From Tubiluchus corallicola (Eukaryota; Animalia; Priapulida), in the NCBI GenBank assembly GCA_030141605.1, contig JAQGDQ010000188.1, positions 310,001 through 374,000 of the forward strand: 64,000 nucleotides of DNA, written 5' to 3'. Below, piece after piece: positions 44,529 through 56,992 of this stretch. Below the pieces are notes generated by a model that did no database searches, was not told the origin of the DNA, and saw only the letters and a list, made by a program, of their open reading frames with translations. The stretch's first letter is position 1; each line of letters opens with the position of its first letter. The position numbers were made by a program, and so were the translations under genes.

Positions 44529-46651
44529 CATCTAGGGACGAGTTAAAAAAGCAATGCAAGTGTGTAATTTCACTATTTGCAGTCCTATGAATTTTCAGAT
44601 CAGTTTTTCATTTTTGCTGTTTTATTATTTCTCATTTTTATAAATGATATTACTGACTGTTTCCCCTTGTTCAAGTGACCTTTTATTTGTGACTGAATTT
44701 AAGCCTATTGCCCAATCTTGGTTGAGGTAATAGGTTTAATGGTTAAAGAAACCATGTATTTTTTAAATGATCTCAATGAAATTAAACCTTTCAATGCCAG
44801 GAAACGGCAAACCTGGAGATTTTCCAACCATATAATTTCAAATCGCAAATGCAAAACCTTGTTATGATCTCCCTGGCACCAAAATTTTTTCTCAAAAAAA
44901 GGTTAAACTGATGTAGTTTAATGTTAAAACAATTTTGTAGTAACTTCAATGTTGTTAGTTAACTAAGAACAGCAGAATAGCATCACATGTTTGCTAAATT
45001 TGATTGTTAAACATGATTATTAAACTGGCTGGATGTGATGGTATTCCAAACAGGTTTCAAAATAAAAGTTTTGTATTTTTTAGTTTTATTCAGTAAAACA
45101 AAACAGAATTGCTTATCTTTTTATTTACTGTAAGTACAAGCAAGTAAGAAATGCAATTCTGAAATAAAAATTTAAAATCAAGTTTCGGTTGTACTTGAAA
45201 TAACTAGATGACATGTATCGAGATAAGCCTCCCACTTATGAAGCTTACAACTGAAATTTCTTGCTTTCGCATATAAGAAAGTAAATGTATTTACATTATG
45301 CTTAGTATTAGAGCAAAGGGCCTGCTGTCAGTTGTTATGATTTGTCAGTAAGCCCACCTTGGAATTAACAAATTTGCTTGTTGCTGGCAAGTTCCATGTA
45401 GAAACAATTGTAGCATGTAGACCGTATAACTTGCATAACTAATTTGCTAATGACTTCAATTTGATAGTGCTTCAAGCTATCTATTGATATTCCTCTTGAA
45501 GCGAGTAAAATTGTAGTTCCAGAAAAACTGTTTTACTTTTTGTAGAGAATCGCCAAAAGAAATTAGAAAGTGGAAAAAGAAACAGGCCGAGTAGAAGAAA
45601 ATTTTGTAAAATTTACTGAATTACAAGATGTGTGACTGCAGCTTATGTTATATAAGCTGTAACTCTGCAATTGTCTTATGTGTTGGCAAATGCATACTTG
45701 GAAATGCATCTAATATTTAATAGTATAACTTACCCACACCGCAAAGCGCTAGGTATCACAGTATGTTTGGCTAACACTTGTAGTCTGTGCATACAGAAGT
45801 TCACATAGGCTGGGTGTTTAATGGCTCCTAGCTGTGATCTCAATACTAGAAGCCATTCACTATGTGAAAGATCTGTGGGCTTTCTGTCCACTCTGTCGCT
45901 TCTATGGTCTTTAATAATAGCCTGCACTCAAAAGCCTGCCTCTATTTGATATTTTGAAAAACAGATATTTTGTGGTTCTTAAATTGCTGATTAAAATCTT
46001 ACTGCAGATTAAATTGACGCCTAACATAGTACTAAAACCAATCATTGATTCAATTTGAAGATTGTTGTTTAATCATGTATGACCCAATTATCAACACTAG
46101 TAATCATTCTGTCATCACTCATGTCTTTTCCCATATGAGTAAACTCAGACAATATGTCTCAAGACAAACTCAGACAGAGACTTGAGGATTTTGTTATTGA
46201 AGTGTTTATTGATGCAAAAATGTCTTCCATGATTGAAATAATTTAAAATTTTATGTTATATTTGAAAAAGTTTATATTTTAGTGGGTTAAAACATTTTGT
46301 CTGTACTTCAATTACTTGTATTTGTTTGCCATTGAGCTTATCAGCTACTAAATTGATGACTTTATAAGTAACAACAAAAAGCAGTTGCTGTGCATATCTA
46401 GGCGAACCCACAGGCAATAGCCAAGAATGTTTTTAAATGATGAGAACTTTTTTGTTCTAATATTCATTTATTGTTGCTTTCAGATATCCTTTGTGCACGT
46501 ACATTTACTTTGAACTAGAGGAAGATGAAGAAAGACTTCTTGTAAGGAATTTTGACAAGCTGTAGCCATTGTTCATGTGTATGCATACACTTTCAACGCT
46601 GTACTAATGACATATGTTGGATTAACTTCTATCGGTTCTGTATCACATATA

Positions 46652-48658
46652 ATGCCTATAGCACCACCTTCAAACAGCAGAGGACTGGGGATGTCAAAAT
46701 ACACAAGCTCTTCTTCTGGAAAGTCCTATAAATCGGGATACACTTCAAGTTATACAGGAAAACCACCACCGACTACAAGTCATTCATACACCAGCAGCAA
46801 TACCTACCGAACTGCCGCAAGTGGTATCTATAGCAGTGGTCGATTAAAAGGTTTAGCGTCTTCGGAAAGAAAAGCTTCGGATTCACGTGATATGGGCTAC
46901 CTTAAGCGAGAACCTATGTATTCAACAAGAACTCTAAGTAATAGCTTGCCTGACTATTCAAGAAAGCCACCAATACCAAGAGATTATAGTGTATCCACTG
47001 CTTTTTCAGGTAGTAGTCGTTTTCTGCACCAAAACAGCGACACAAGCAGACGACGGAATTCTGTAAGTTCAGTATATACACCATACAGTAGCCAGAAATC
47101 GTCATCGAATATTAGCAACATAAGTAGTAACTTAGATAAACTCACACTTAATGAAGATGCTAGTGCAAGAAGGTTATCTGAAAATAGATCCTACAAATGG
47201 GAAAGTGGCTATAGGTCACTTACTCCCACTCGATTTCCGTCCACTTCCCATAGTAATAATGCTCACCTGCCATCTCTCACTGGACATTCTGCTATCAGTC
47301 CATCGAGAAGACATTCTCTATTGCACGAACGAGAAATTGATAGCGATTATGTTAGTGAACGTCTTCGATCTCGTGCTCTCAGTTCTGATCGTGATAGCGA
47401 TTATGACACTCACCCTGTTGGTTCATACTTTAGGGAAAAGAAAGATATAGCAAAGGCTTCTATAGGTAACAGCATCGACAATAAAAAGTTAAGCAGCAGT
47501 TCAACTAACACTGATGATATTTCAGTCAATGCAACTTCTAATCTAGATAGTCCTGCCCGCAAATCATCTAGCTCTTTGATCATTTCGGATGCTTTAAGCA
47601 ATAAGGTTTCATCTTCTAGTCACACTGCGGCAGGACTAGTTGGTTTAAAAAATCTTGGTAATACATGCTACATGAATTCAATTTTGCAGTGTCTGAGTAA
47701 TACTAAGCCATTACTTGAGTATTGCATTAAGGAAAATTATGACATTAACAGTTCAAGTTCACAGAAAGGTGCTATCATCAGAGCATTTTCAAGTTTACTA
47801 CAGTCACTTTGGAAAGATGGGCCTAGCTCAATGGGTGCCAGTCCTAATAACTTTAAGTCGGTTTTTCAGAAGTTTGCACCAAGGTTTGCTGGTTACAGTC
47901 AACAGGATGCACAGGAATTTTTACGATATTTGTTACAGGGTTTGCATGACGATATTAATCGAGTAAAATATAGACCCAAAGCCTCTACTTGTGAAGATAA
48001 TGATTACATGAGTGATAGTCAAAAGGCTGCGACTGCATGGAAAAAGTATCTTACATATGATGATAGCAAAATTGTTGATCTCTTCGTCGGTCAGCTGAAA
48101 AGCACTTTGCGTTGCTGTGTTTGCGGATACTCCTCTGTCACATTTGATCCTTTCTGGGATCTCTCAGTTCCAATACCAAAAGGCTCAACTGAGGTAAATT
48201 TGAAAGAATGTCTAAATTTGTTCACTAGAGAAGAAATACTTGATGGAGATGAGAGACCGATGTGTGCCAAATGTAAATCAAGACAAAGATGCACGAAGAC
48301 CTTTTCGGTCTATAAATTGCCAAAAATTCTAGTCATTCACTTGAAGCGCTTTGCAATGCAAAAGTACAGGGCTAAATTAACAACAGTGGTAAATTTTCCC
48401 ACTGGCACATTTGACATGGGTTCTTTCTGTGCAGATGGTAAATTTCTACACAATGCAAGGTACTCATTATATGCTGTGTGTAACCATACAGGTTCTACCC
48501 ATTCTGGCCATTATACTGCCTATTGCAAACAGCCTTATAATGACGAATGGCATGATTTTAACGATTCACGAGTGTCTCCAGTTGCAGTTCACAACCTTGT
48601 GTCATCAATGGCTTATGTGTTGTTTTATGAATTGCATGGATCCCAGTATGGTGATTAA
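46652..48658 (+). CDS. USP2: Ubiquitin carboxyl-terminal hydrolase 2-like (USP2/USP21 family), intronless CDS, ~668 aa
   Basis: Single 2-kb ORF: Ser-rich N-terminus then Cys box GLKNLGNTCYMNSILQCLSNT, QQDAQEFLRYLL, FDPFWDLS, zinc ribbon CCVC/CAKC, HLKRF, His box NHTGSTHSGHYTAYC, FNDSRV, AYVLFYEL. In-frame stop at 46553; ATG 46652 (ataATG) has better context than in-frame ATG 46607. Acceptor tttcag| at 46483 indicates a 5' UTR intron. AATAAA near 49575 and 49919. Confidence 0.92.
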   Translation: MPIAPPSNSRGLGMSKYTSSSSGKSYKSGYTSSYTGKPPPTTSHSYTSSNTYRTAASGIYSSGRLKGLASSERKASDSRDMGYLKREPMYSTRTLSNSLPDYSRKPPIPRDYSVSTAFSGSSRFLHQNSDTSRRRNSVSSVYTPYSSQKSSSNISNISSNLDKLTLNEDASARRLSENRSYKWESGYRSLTPTRFPSTSHSNNAHLPSLTGHSAISPSRRHSLLHEREIDSDYVSERLRSRALSSDRDSDYDTHPVGSYFREKKDIAKASIGNSIDNKKLSSSSTNTDDISVNATSNLDSPARKSSSSLIISDALSNKVSSSSHTAAGLVGLKNLGNTCYMNSILQCLSNTKPLLEYCIKENYDINSSSSQKGAIIRAFSSLLQSLWKDGPSSMGASPNNFKSVFQKFAPRFAGYSQQDAQEFLRYLLQGLHDDINRVKYRPKASTCEDNDYMSDSQKAATAWKKYLTYDDSKIVDLFVGQLKSTLRCCVCGYSSVTFDPFWDLSVPIPKGSTEVNLKECLNLFTREEILDGDERPMCAKCKSRQRCTKTFSVYKLPKILVIHLKRFAMQKYRAKLTTVVNFPTGTFDMGSFCADGKFLHNARYSLYAVCNHTGSTHSGHYTAYCKQPYNDEWHDFNDSRVSPVAVHNLVSSMAYVLFYELHGSQYGD

Positions 48659-48689
48659 CAATGGAAAACATAGAAGCATAAGCCTGCTT

Positions 48690-48854
48690 AAATGCATATT
48701 ATGAACAGATATGCTAAAGCTACTTAGCAACATATGCACTGCATAAAATGCATGTTATGAATAAATATGTTAGAGCTACTTAGCAACATATGCATTGCAC
48801 AAATGCATATTATGAATAGATATGCAAAAGCTGCTTCTCAACATATGCACTGCA
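48690..48854. repeat. ~55-bp tandem repeat x3 in the USP2 3' UTR
   Basis: aaatgcatattatgaa.agatatgc.aaagctacttagcaacatatgcactgca repeated three times, starting ~30 nt after the stop codon. Confidence 0.85.
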
Positions 48855-51039
48855 GGCGCTTCATAACAAGTTACTTTTTGTACTACTGTCAGATCATTTA
48901 GCTGTTGCATGTTCACAAAAATCACTTTTTGAAATCTACTGCCTTGTTTTTGTTTTTCTTGCAAGGTACTTAAATACTCAGTTTTAAGCACTATGCCATT
49001 ATTTTACTGTAGTAACTTTGTAAATAGCACGTTCACAGCATTGACATTTTACAGTGATTTCACATTTTTGTAGGTGGAATCTCATCTATCTGCTTTTCTG
49101 TGACATTATTTTAACTGTGACGTATAGTTAAATATTGCTATGGCTTTAACAATTACTCCATTTATTTATTAGTTTACTAATGTTTCATTTTATCATTATA
49201 TTTTGTGTATGATTTGGTTATTTGTTAGTTTATTATTTGCAGTACCTGTACTATTATTTTGCCTTGTCTACAAAATACTTCAAAGGTTGCTTTACATATT
49301 ATTTATTTACTACGGTTCTTTAACTTATTAAGCTTACATATTTTATGCTAATAGTGAACGAGTAACACCAAGTGTCGTGAAACTTCATAGTGGTAGAAAC
49401 TTCACGTCATGCTAATTATAATAATATCTATTTCAAATAGTCATGTACATGTTGCTTTCTAGTCATAAGATTCCAAACAAACTAGGTGATATACTTTTAT
49501 ATTCAAAACAGTGCAATACATTGTTATTTTAGGAGGTATTGTTATGCAAGACTTTCCACATCTTTGTAGTCAGCAATAAAATTACGTACAACAGTATCAA
49601 ATCTTTTGTGTAGCAATGCAGTCTCATTTTGTGTTGTTGCCAACCCACCACCTTAAACGTGCATTATTATTTATTCCGCATGCTGCACAGGTCATTAACA
49701 GGCTGTCTTACTGTTAGATTATTAGAATTATACTCAAATTATCACAGAATTGGCATTCGAGTGCAAGTAGTACAGTATCACTGTGCATTAGTTATATCTT
49801 GGTTATATTTCCATTTTCCCAACTTCTATCTCATTAGTTGCTTATTACATATAAGTGAAGCACTATAAGTTGCTGGGTGATGTGTTATAACATTATATTA
49901 TAGGATTGTTGAATATTTAATAAAAATGTTATCTAACAAGTTCTTATGCTATTTTATGTTAAAAATCATAATCGCAGTCATTAACTGGGAGACTCGCTGG
50001 CAAGGCATCAAAAACAAGGAAAGACAATGTGTAAGCTCTTTTTACGTAATCCCACAACGAAATTTTTTGCTATAAATGATGTTTCAACAACACGCTCGTT
50101 CTTCTCTTCAGATCACTATAAAAACGTTTTTGTCAATAATAACTATGGGAATTGCTTGACTTTTGACATAAATGAATTAATAGTGTGTATTAATAGTGTG
50201 TGTAAGCTTGTTATTATTGTACAAGAATATACTAAACAACTGCCAGAATCTGCACAAAAATCGGACACAAGAAACTGAAATAACTAAGGCTTTTTGCCAA
50301 TATTTTCATCTTCATTTTATTTGACACTGTACAAAAAGTACACAGCAGTAACTTTAAAAGTAACACATAAAAATGTTTACCTACATAACTACATTATGGT
50401 CTGTACTTAGTATCTGGTTATTTATTTAAGGGTGAACTTCACTGCAAACATAAGCCTTATCTAGAAACTGAAATAATTCAATGATCAGTGGATTAAACCA
50501 ACATCAAAAACAAAATGTTGAATTATGGGCATTTTCAACTGCTATAATGAATCTAACATCCACGTCGTAAAGAATTGCAAGAAATAAATGTAACTGACAG
50601 GATTAAATTTCCAATGTCATAAACTGCAAAGTATTACACATGTTTTGTGTTTTGCACCAATTCATGTGGCAATATTATAAAGAAAACAAATACAATTTTA
50701 ATGAAGTTTCTCAAACTAATACCTGATTAGCATTAAAACAAAAAAATGTACTGCAAACAACAAAATTTAAAAACTACATGACTGAAACACAAAACCAGGC
50801 AGATGTATACACAATGAAACTTAGAATACTGTAAAAAATTTACATTTTTAGATATCAGTACAGATTAAACACAGGTTTACAGATCATAGTGAAAACGTCT
50901 ACTTGACACAAATACATACTAGCTCTTACAAATCATAAAACCAGTGAAAATGATCAGCAGGAATCAAAGTTGGTTAATTTTCATAAACATAACCTAAAAT
51001 TCTAAAAACTAACGTATTTCACCAATTTCTTCTCAACAA

Positions 51040-54000
51040 TTAGAAGCCGTGCACCTTCAACTGATCTGGTTTGGCGATGCCAACCTTTGTGAGGAACTGA
51101 CATATATTATTTCTTTGATCACCCTGCAGTTGAATAACCTCACCATACTCTGGATGCTCGACTACTGTACCATTGCATGCAAACTCCTTCCATAAAAAAA
51201 ACGATCTCATTATTACAACTATGTATGTAGTTGAGTTATTAAAAAACTAATTTAGAAAGTAGATACAAATGATAAATTTTTAAAAAAATTGCAGGCTGCA
51301 GTGAATTTTGCAATCAGTGAACTACACACTGTGACTCTACAAGAAAGTATGTCACTTCAAACAAATAACAGGAAGACAGAATTTACATTCCAAATTTGAT
51401 CGCCATTCAATGCAAAAACATTTTTTTAATTTAAAAACCAAATATTTGAAGCTGTAGCTGATCAAAATGATTTTTCACTAGAAACTCAACGAACTGTTTA
51501 GTTTGCTTGATCCAGCATTTCGATCAGGTATAGCAGTATATCAGAAAAACTGTGTACTGTCCCGTGTCGGCTCAATTATTTCCTGTAACATCTGGAAAAC
51601 TCAACTTACCGGGTTACAACGTACAACTTAAGAGGTTTATAAATGAACTATTTTCAAGTTTGTACTGTATTCTTTGCACGTTGCATTAGGTTTTTCCGTT
51701 AACTCGGCTCAACTGAGGAGCAATTACAGTAAACAACCCGTCTGGCTCAATTTAGTAGTAATACAACATATTCTTTGTGTGACTCAATCCAACAGCTTGA
51801 CAAATGCCTTATTCTTGATTCAACCCAGCTCAGCACTATTTGTAGTGACTCGTTTCGGCAAATTAGAGGCTAGTTGTATCACTACTAGGTGGTTTTTGTC
51901 ATTGTTTTAACTTCTAATTTAACCAAACCACGATAACATATTTATTAAAAAAAATCACCAATAGTTTCACGTGGAAATTTACAAAGATACAGTCAAACAA
52001 GCACTGCATAGCATTTATTTAAAATCACACATATTAGGTACAGTAACAGGCAGAGACAAACACTCAAGCATATGCAACATATAAGGGGCTGAGAACTTTG
52101 CTGCTACCCAATCACCAGGTACCAGTAGGCCTAAAATTCTTAGCAAAACGTATTTCACATTTTACCTTTTTACATGACTTGACAATCTTCTTTTTGTCGT
52201 AGTCGTCGGAAATTCCTTGCACCGTAGTCAGTGTTTTTCTACCGTTTCGCTGCTGTATTCGAATGTGTATGAGTCCCGCTTGGGCTCCAACTTGATCACC
52301 CTTTACTGCATCAGCAAAAGGGTCTGTAAAAAACATATCTTTACGTAAGCAAGGAACAATTACTACTTGCTCTGCACATTATTGATACATACTTGCAGGC
52401 AGGCAGAGTTATTAACATGCAACAGTGATATTTTAATTGATTACCTAATACCTAAGTCCTCACTTAATGACCCCCTGTTTAGCAACGTTTAGTTTTAACG
52501 ACATTAAACATTTGACACCTTTTTCACTTAACGAATGCATGTTTCATTTTAAAGACAATTTTTTACTTTGCTCGAAGCCAGTTTTTATTTTATCAACTAC
52601 TTTTTTACCTTGATGCATTAAAACAGTACGTGTTGCATTATTCTGTTGTAAAACTGTTGCATAGACTTTAATGTTAACGAAACAGAAATGGCTAGCTAGG
52701 TAAGTAAGACATATTGGTAGTTTCAAGCAAGCAGAACTAAATTAATCAGCAGAAACACAAGTAACACTGGTAAAACATTTAATTTATATGATTTAAACAG
52801 CACTGGTTTTTGCATCTGCAATTATTTTACGTTACTTTATACAGAAATCTTGCTTCATTTAACGATGTTTCACTTAACGTCGCATTTTGCTAGAACGGAT
52901 TAGCGTTTCGTCAAGTGAGGACTTACTGTACCTAAAATATCTACACTGACTGTAAAGTATCCATGTTAGCCGAATACAAAAATTTTAACTGATGCGAGCG
53001 ATGCAATGCAATTTTTTTAGCAATGTGAGAGGTGTTAAGTAGGCGCAGTTTACTGCGACAAAATCATGTGCATGCTGGCCATAATTTACAAGCATCACCG
53101 TGGAGATAGGTAAGTGTAAGATATTTTAGTTTTGTGACAGCTGATTGTCTAAACATCTAAACACTAATTTACAAGGAGTCAATTTTTTTATCGTGTATGC
53201 TTCAACGACAGCAAAATGTCTAGTGGTGCAGCCCATGATCACGAAGTGCTGCTGTTCTTTTTATATTCAAATAAAGAAACTAAAAATTAGAGAGGTTTAT
53301 AAGCTGTCAGTTTAACATTTATCCTTCGACGGTAAAGCAGTTAGTATTTCATATACTAGCACTAGCAGTTTATGACAGTATAGGCCTGTTGAAACTAAAC
53401 TATATTTACGTACTTCAAAACTGACATATTAATTAGTATAACAGCTCCAGTAGTATTAAAATTGTTAAAGAAGTTACATCCTGCTATATTATCGGGTCCT
53501 GATAACTTTAGTCCCCCCCGAGTGTTGCAGGAACTGAGGAATGAGTTGGCTGATCCACTTACTCACATTTTTCACAAGTTATTATCATTCAGAGTAGTCC
53601 CTACAGATTGGAAGCATACAAATGTCACCCCTATCTTTAACAAAGGTCAATAATATCTTTGTTCAAACTACCGTCCTATTAGCCTAACTAGAGTTGTACC
53701 TAAAATTATGGTACATAATATTTGCAGCTCTCTCATGCATCATGCTGATAGGCATAATATACTTTATCAATTACATGGTTTTTGCCCCCATCGGTCATAT
53801 GAAACACAACTGATCAAACTGGTCAACGATATAGCAACAAACATGCAGCTAGGATTACAGACAGACCTTTGTGTGCTTGACTTCTCCAAAGGATTTTCAT
53901 AAGGTAAGCCAAAGGTGTTTAACGGAGAAACTTTACTCGTATGGTGTTGTTGGTATGGTGAACACCTGGATAGGGAACTTCCTGAGTGATCAAACTCAGT

Positions 54001-55144
54001 CTATGTGGTGCCTCTTCGACTAGAGCCTCTGTTAAATCTGGAGTTCCTCAAAAACCCATACTTGGGCCATGCCTATTCCTATTTCACATAAACGACATCG
54101 GCAGAGGTTTGTGGTCTAAAGTGTACCTGTTTTCTGAACTGTCTTACTTAGCAGTAAAGAATGAAAAAGATACTAGAATGCCAAAAGAGGGTCTGGATAA
54201 TCTTGTAGCATAGTCAAGCAAAAGGAACATGGAATTTCGTCCTGACAAGTGCATGGTCATCAGTACAACAAGGAAAAGGAACCAGTGAGACACCAATATA
54301 TGCATCAGGGACATCTGCTAAAGCATGTAGACTCGGTCAAGTACCTTGATGTCGATATCTCTCGTGATCTCAGGTGGACAAACCACACAGATCAGATTAC
54401 ATGTAAATCTAACTCTACACTAGGCTTTATACTTTATGTTGAATTCAACAATATACTGATTAAAAAACGAGCATACATGAGCCTCGTATGCCTGACACTT
54501 GAGTACAGCCAGACTGTTTGAGATTCACACACCGTCGGTTTAGTAACAAAGCTGGAATCAGTTCAGAGAAGAGCTGCAAGATTTTCCTTGCTACAGGAGA
54601 ACATCAAGTGTGACTGCCATGATGACAGAGCTGAACAGGTGCTCACCAGCCAAGTGGCACAATATGGCTAGGCTCAACCACCTGATTGCTGTCGACATGT
54701 CTCTCCAGCCAAAATGTCACACTATTCCTTCACGTACGAAGAACTCATTTGCATACAACATACTACATTCTTCTACAATTATCACTTTCACTCTTTTTCC
54801 ACATACACCGGAAGGCAATCGAACAACTACATCTCAATCCGTTCAGGAGTGCCACACACTCGATCTAAACTGGATTAAAGTACTCCAACGCATGTAGATT
54901 GCGGTGTAGGGTAGGTGAAAGCCCCTGCCTTGAGGAGCTTGGGGATCATTTTTACCTTTTTTTTAATGCACCACTGTGAACTATTTTTTATTTGCAATGA
55001 ATGAACTTTCCACACTAACACGACATTTACAAGCTGAAAGCACAACCATGTGTTAGACAATTAGACTAGAGCCTTCAATTTGAAGAAGTTAACGCATTAT
55101 CATGAAGAAAACTTACCAAAAGCTTCTAAATTCTGGATGGACAT
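51040..55144 (-). CDS. EIF1: Eukaryotic translation initiation factor 1 (SUI1), 110 aa
   Basis: Exons 55144-55117 (MSIQNLEAF), 52323-52166 (DPFADA...IHIRIQQRNGRKTLTTVQGI...KK), 51186-51040 (EFACNGTVVEHPEYGEVIQLQGDQR...LKVHGF*); 333 nt in frame. Confidence 0.97.
52451..52928. mobile_element. Tigger/pogo-like MITE in EIF1 intron 1
   Basis: TA|CCTAAGTCCTCACTTAATG ... CGTCAAGTGAGGACTTACTG|TA TIRs with TA duplication; TTAACG subterminal motifs. Confidence 0.75.
53440..54800 (+). mobile_element. 5'-truncated, frameshifted CR1/L2-group LINE (reverse transcriptase) antisense in EIF1 intron 1
   Basis: Collinear RT motifs: GPD...LQEL...LADPL..IF, VPTDWK..NVTPIFNKG, NYRPISLT, QLHGF..RS.ETQL, LDFSKGF, SGVPQ..ILGP.LFL..IND, KYL.V.IS.DL.W..H, LESVQRRAAR; many stops and frameshifts. 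Confidence 0.9.
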
Positions 55145-55286
55145 GCAAACAATGATAGTAAGCCGTTAATACGATGAGTGTTAACACACTTGTAAGAAAT
55201 TTTCTAGCAAATGTAGTGATTTTTTAATTCGACGCACACAACGCACAAAACACAAAACAGGAAAAATGGCTACCCCAACAAGCAGT

Positions 55287-55295
55287 ATTGCGTCA
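55287..55295 (-). promoter_or_regulatory. Candidate C/EBP-ATF hybrid site (TGACGCAAT) in the EIF1 promoter
   Basis: ATTGCGTCA on + strand, ~143 bp upstream of the EIF1 ATG, next to a YY1-like AAAATGGC (55263-55270). Confidence 0.45.
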
Positions 55296-55544
55296 CAAAT
55301 TTGGTTTGCGTCGGTTTCAGTTTATTACCTATCGAATGAATCACGGAATGGGATTAGTGTTGACAAGACATGGGCACCTCATAGCAGTATAGTCTAGTTT
55401 TTTTGCTAGATTACTGCTGTATCTTTTTTATATATTGTGTATTGTGTATTTTTTATTTTAGAATTGTGTCTGCCCAATGTTTACAACAGATGTAATGGGT
55501 CTATTATTGAGATCTGCATATAGCAGAATCTTACTGGAAATCAA

Positions 55545-56340
55545 CCATTTATTTTTTGTTCCTCCACTACGACAGTGAATAACTCCAAAACGGTTGCACC
55601 AAGGGTCACCAAACTTGAGGTTGGGGGACAGATAGCGGTATGTTATCGGTGACTCCGGGTCAAAAGGTTAAAGACACTGGACATCGGCCAGTTTGTCATT
55701 TGTCGCTCAGCTCCTCCTGCTGCTTAGTATTTAAGTCCTCCGGGGTAGATATGCATTTTGGAAATTGCATCCTAGGAAAGTTCCGAGTTAGGAGCCAAAA
55801 TGTGAAAATTAGGGCTAACGGCTTTGTCGCTGAACTTTTCTTACTATATTGGACTAGCAGTCAATGGTTATGCATGTATGCATGTGTGGGTAGGCGGTTT
55901 GGTGTAGATGTGTCTTAAGTACTTTTCGAAAAGTGGACGTGACGTGATATTGGCGAAAGTGCTAAAATGAGATCTGGTCAATGACTCCAAAAGTATAAGA
56001 TCCAGAACCACAAAACTTGCAGGGTGGGCATCTCACATAGGCGGTGAGTGACCTCGGGATCAAATGTCGCAACAGCAGGACCCAAAATATTGAAATTAGG
56101 GCAAATGACATTTTCACTCAACACCATTTATAGCATCGGACTACAAGGATATGTTATTGCACATTTGAGTAGGTGGCCAAGTGTAGATGTGTAATAAATT
56201 TTTTTCGAGAAATCAGCTTGGCCAAGTCACGTGACATAAGCGAAAGCGTTAAAAAGGGTTGCAATAAAATGCATTTCCTAGGTAATCAGGCACGCAGATT
56301 TCAGTAATGGCAAAATGATGATCTTGAAACAAGTACCAAG
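55545..56340. mobile_element. Non-coding interspersed element with two diverged internal repeat units
   Basis: Blocks starting ~55580 and ~55982 share actccaaaa...aaactt, tgac...ggg..aaa, aaattagggc, ggacta, tgtagatgtg, cgtgac/gcgaaag in the same order; GC higher than flanks. Confidence 0.5.
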
Positions 56341-56413
56341 TCAGCAAAGATTTTTCACAGTCAACACTTGCATTTTTGGTCATAATGCAGAATCTTAAGT
56401 TTATGACTTCGTC

Positions 56414-56470
56414 ATTACTATTATTATTGTTGTTGTTGTTGTTGTTGTTGTTATTATTATTTTTATTATT

Positions 56471-56569
<99 letters not shown>

Positions 56570-56570
56570 A
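56414..56570. repeat. (TTA)n/(TTG)n compound microsatellite
   Basis: Directly visible; source of the spurious poly-Leu ORF. Confidence 0.95.
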
Positions 56571-56992
56571 AGTTTATTGCCTTCGCTGATTCTCCATACT
56601 ACGCACTATGGTCCAATTATAAAAGATTGAAATTCGTGACAATCTCACAATCTACAACCATAGATAATATACTATGTATATGTGTAGTGTACTATGTATG
56701 AATGAATGAAGAATTGCATCATCTAAAGCCACAGCACACTGAATAATAAAATGCATTTAAAATTCGTAGGATACATTAAAATTTAAAATACATTTTGAAA
56801 ATAAGAATTGATTCATTATAAAAGTACAAGCTATGTCGATATCAAATCAGCTTGCAATGCATGGGAGCGTCAGCAACAGGCAAGCTCTTCCAGAAACGTG
56901 CACCACAGATAGAAAAAGTTTTTTCTCCATAGAGTACTGTACGCCCTATAATAAATGAATTTGTTCATTAGCACATCTGTATCTGCATCTAA

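Noticed and set aside
46577-46606. GTG start given by the ORF track for USP2 (and TTG start 61583 for SETD2)
   Set aside because: Prokaryote-style start calls; ATG starts and splice acceptors explain these genes.
46914-48704. Alternative-frame and antisense ORFs overlapping USP2 (likewise 62505-63920 over SETD2)
   Set aside because: Short shadows of the real coding frames with no recognisable motifs.
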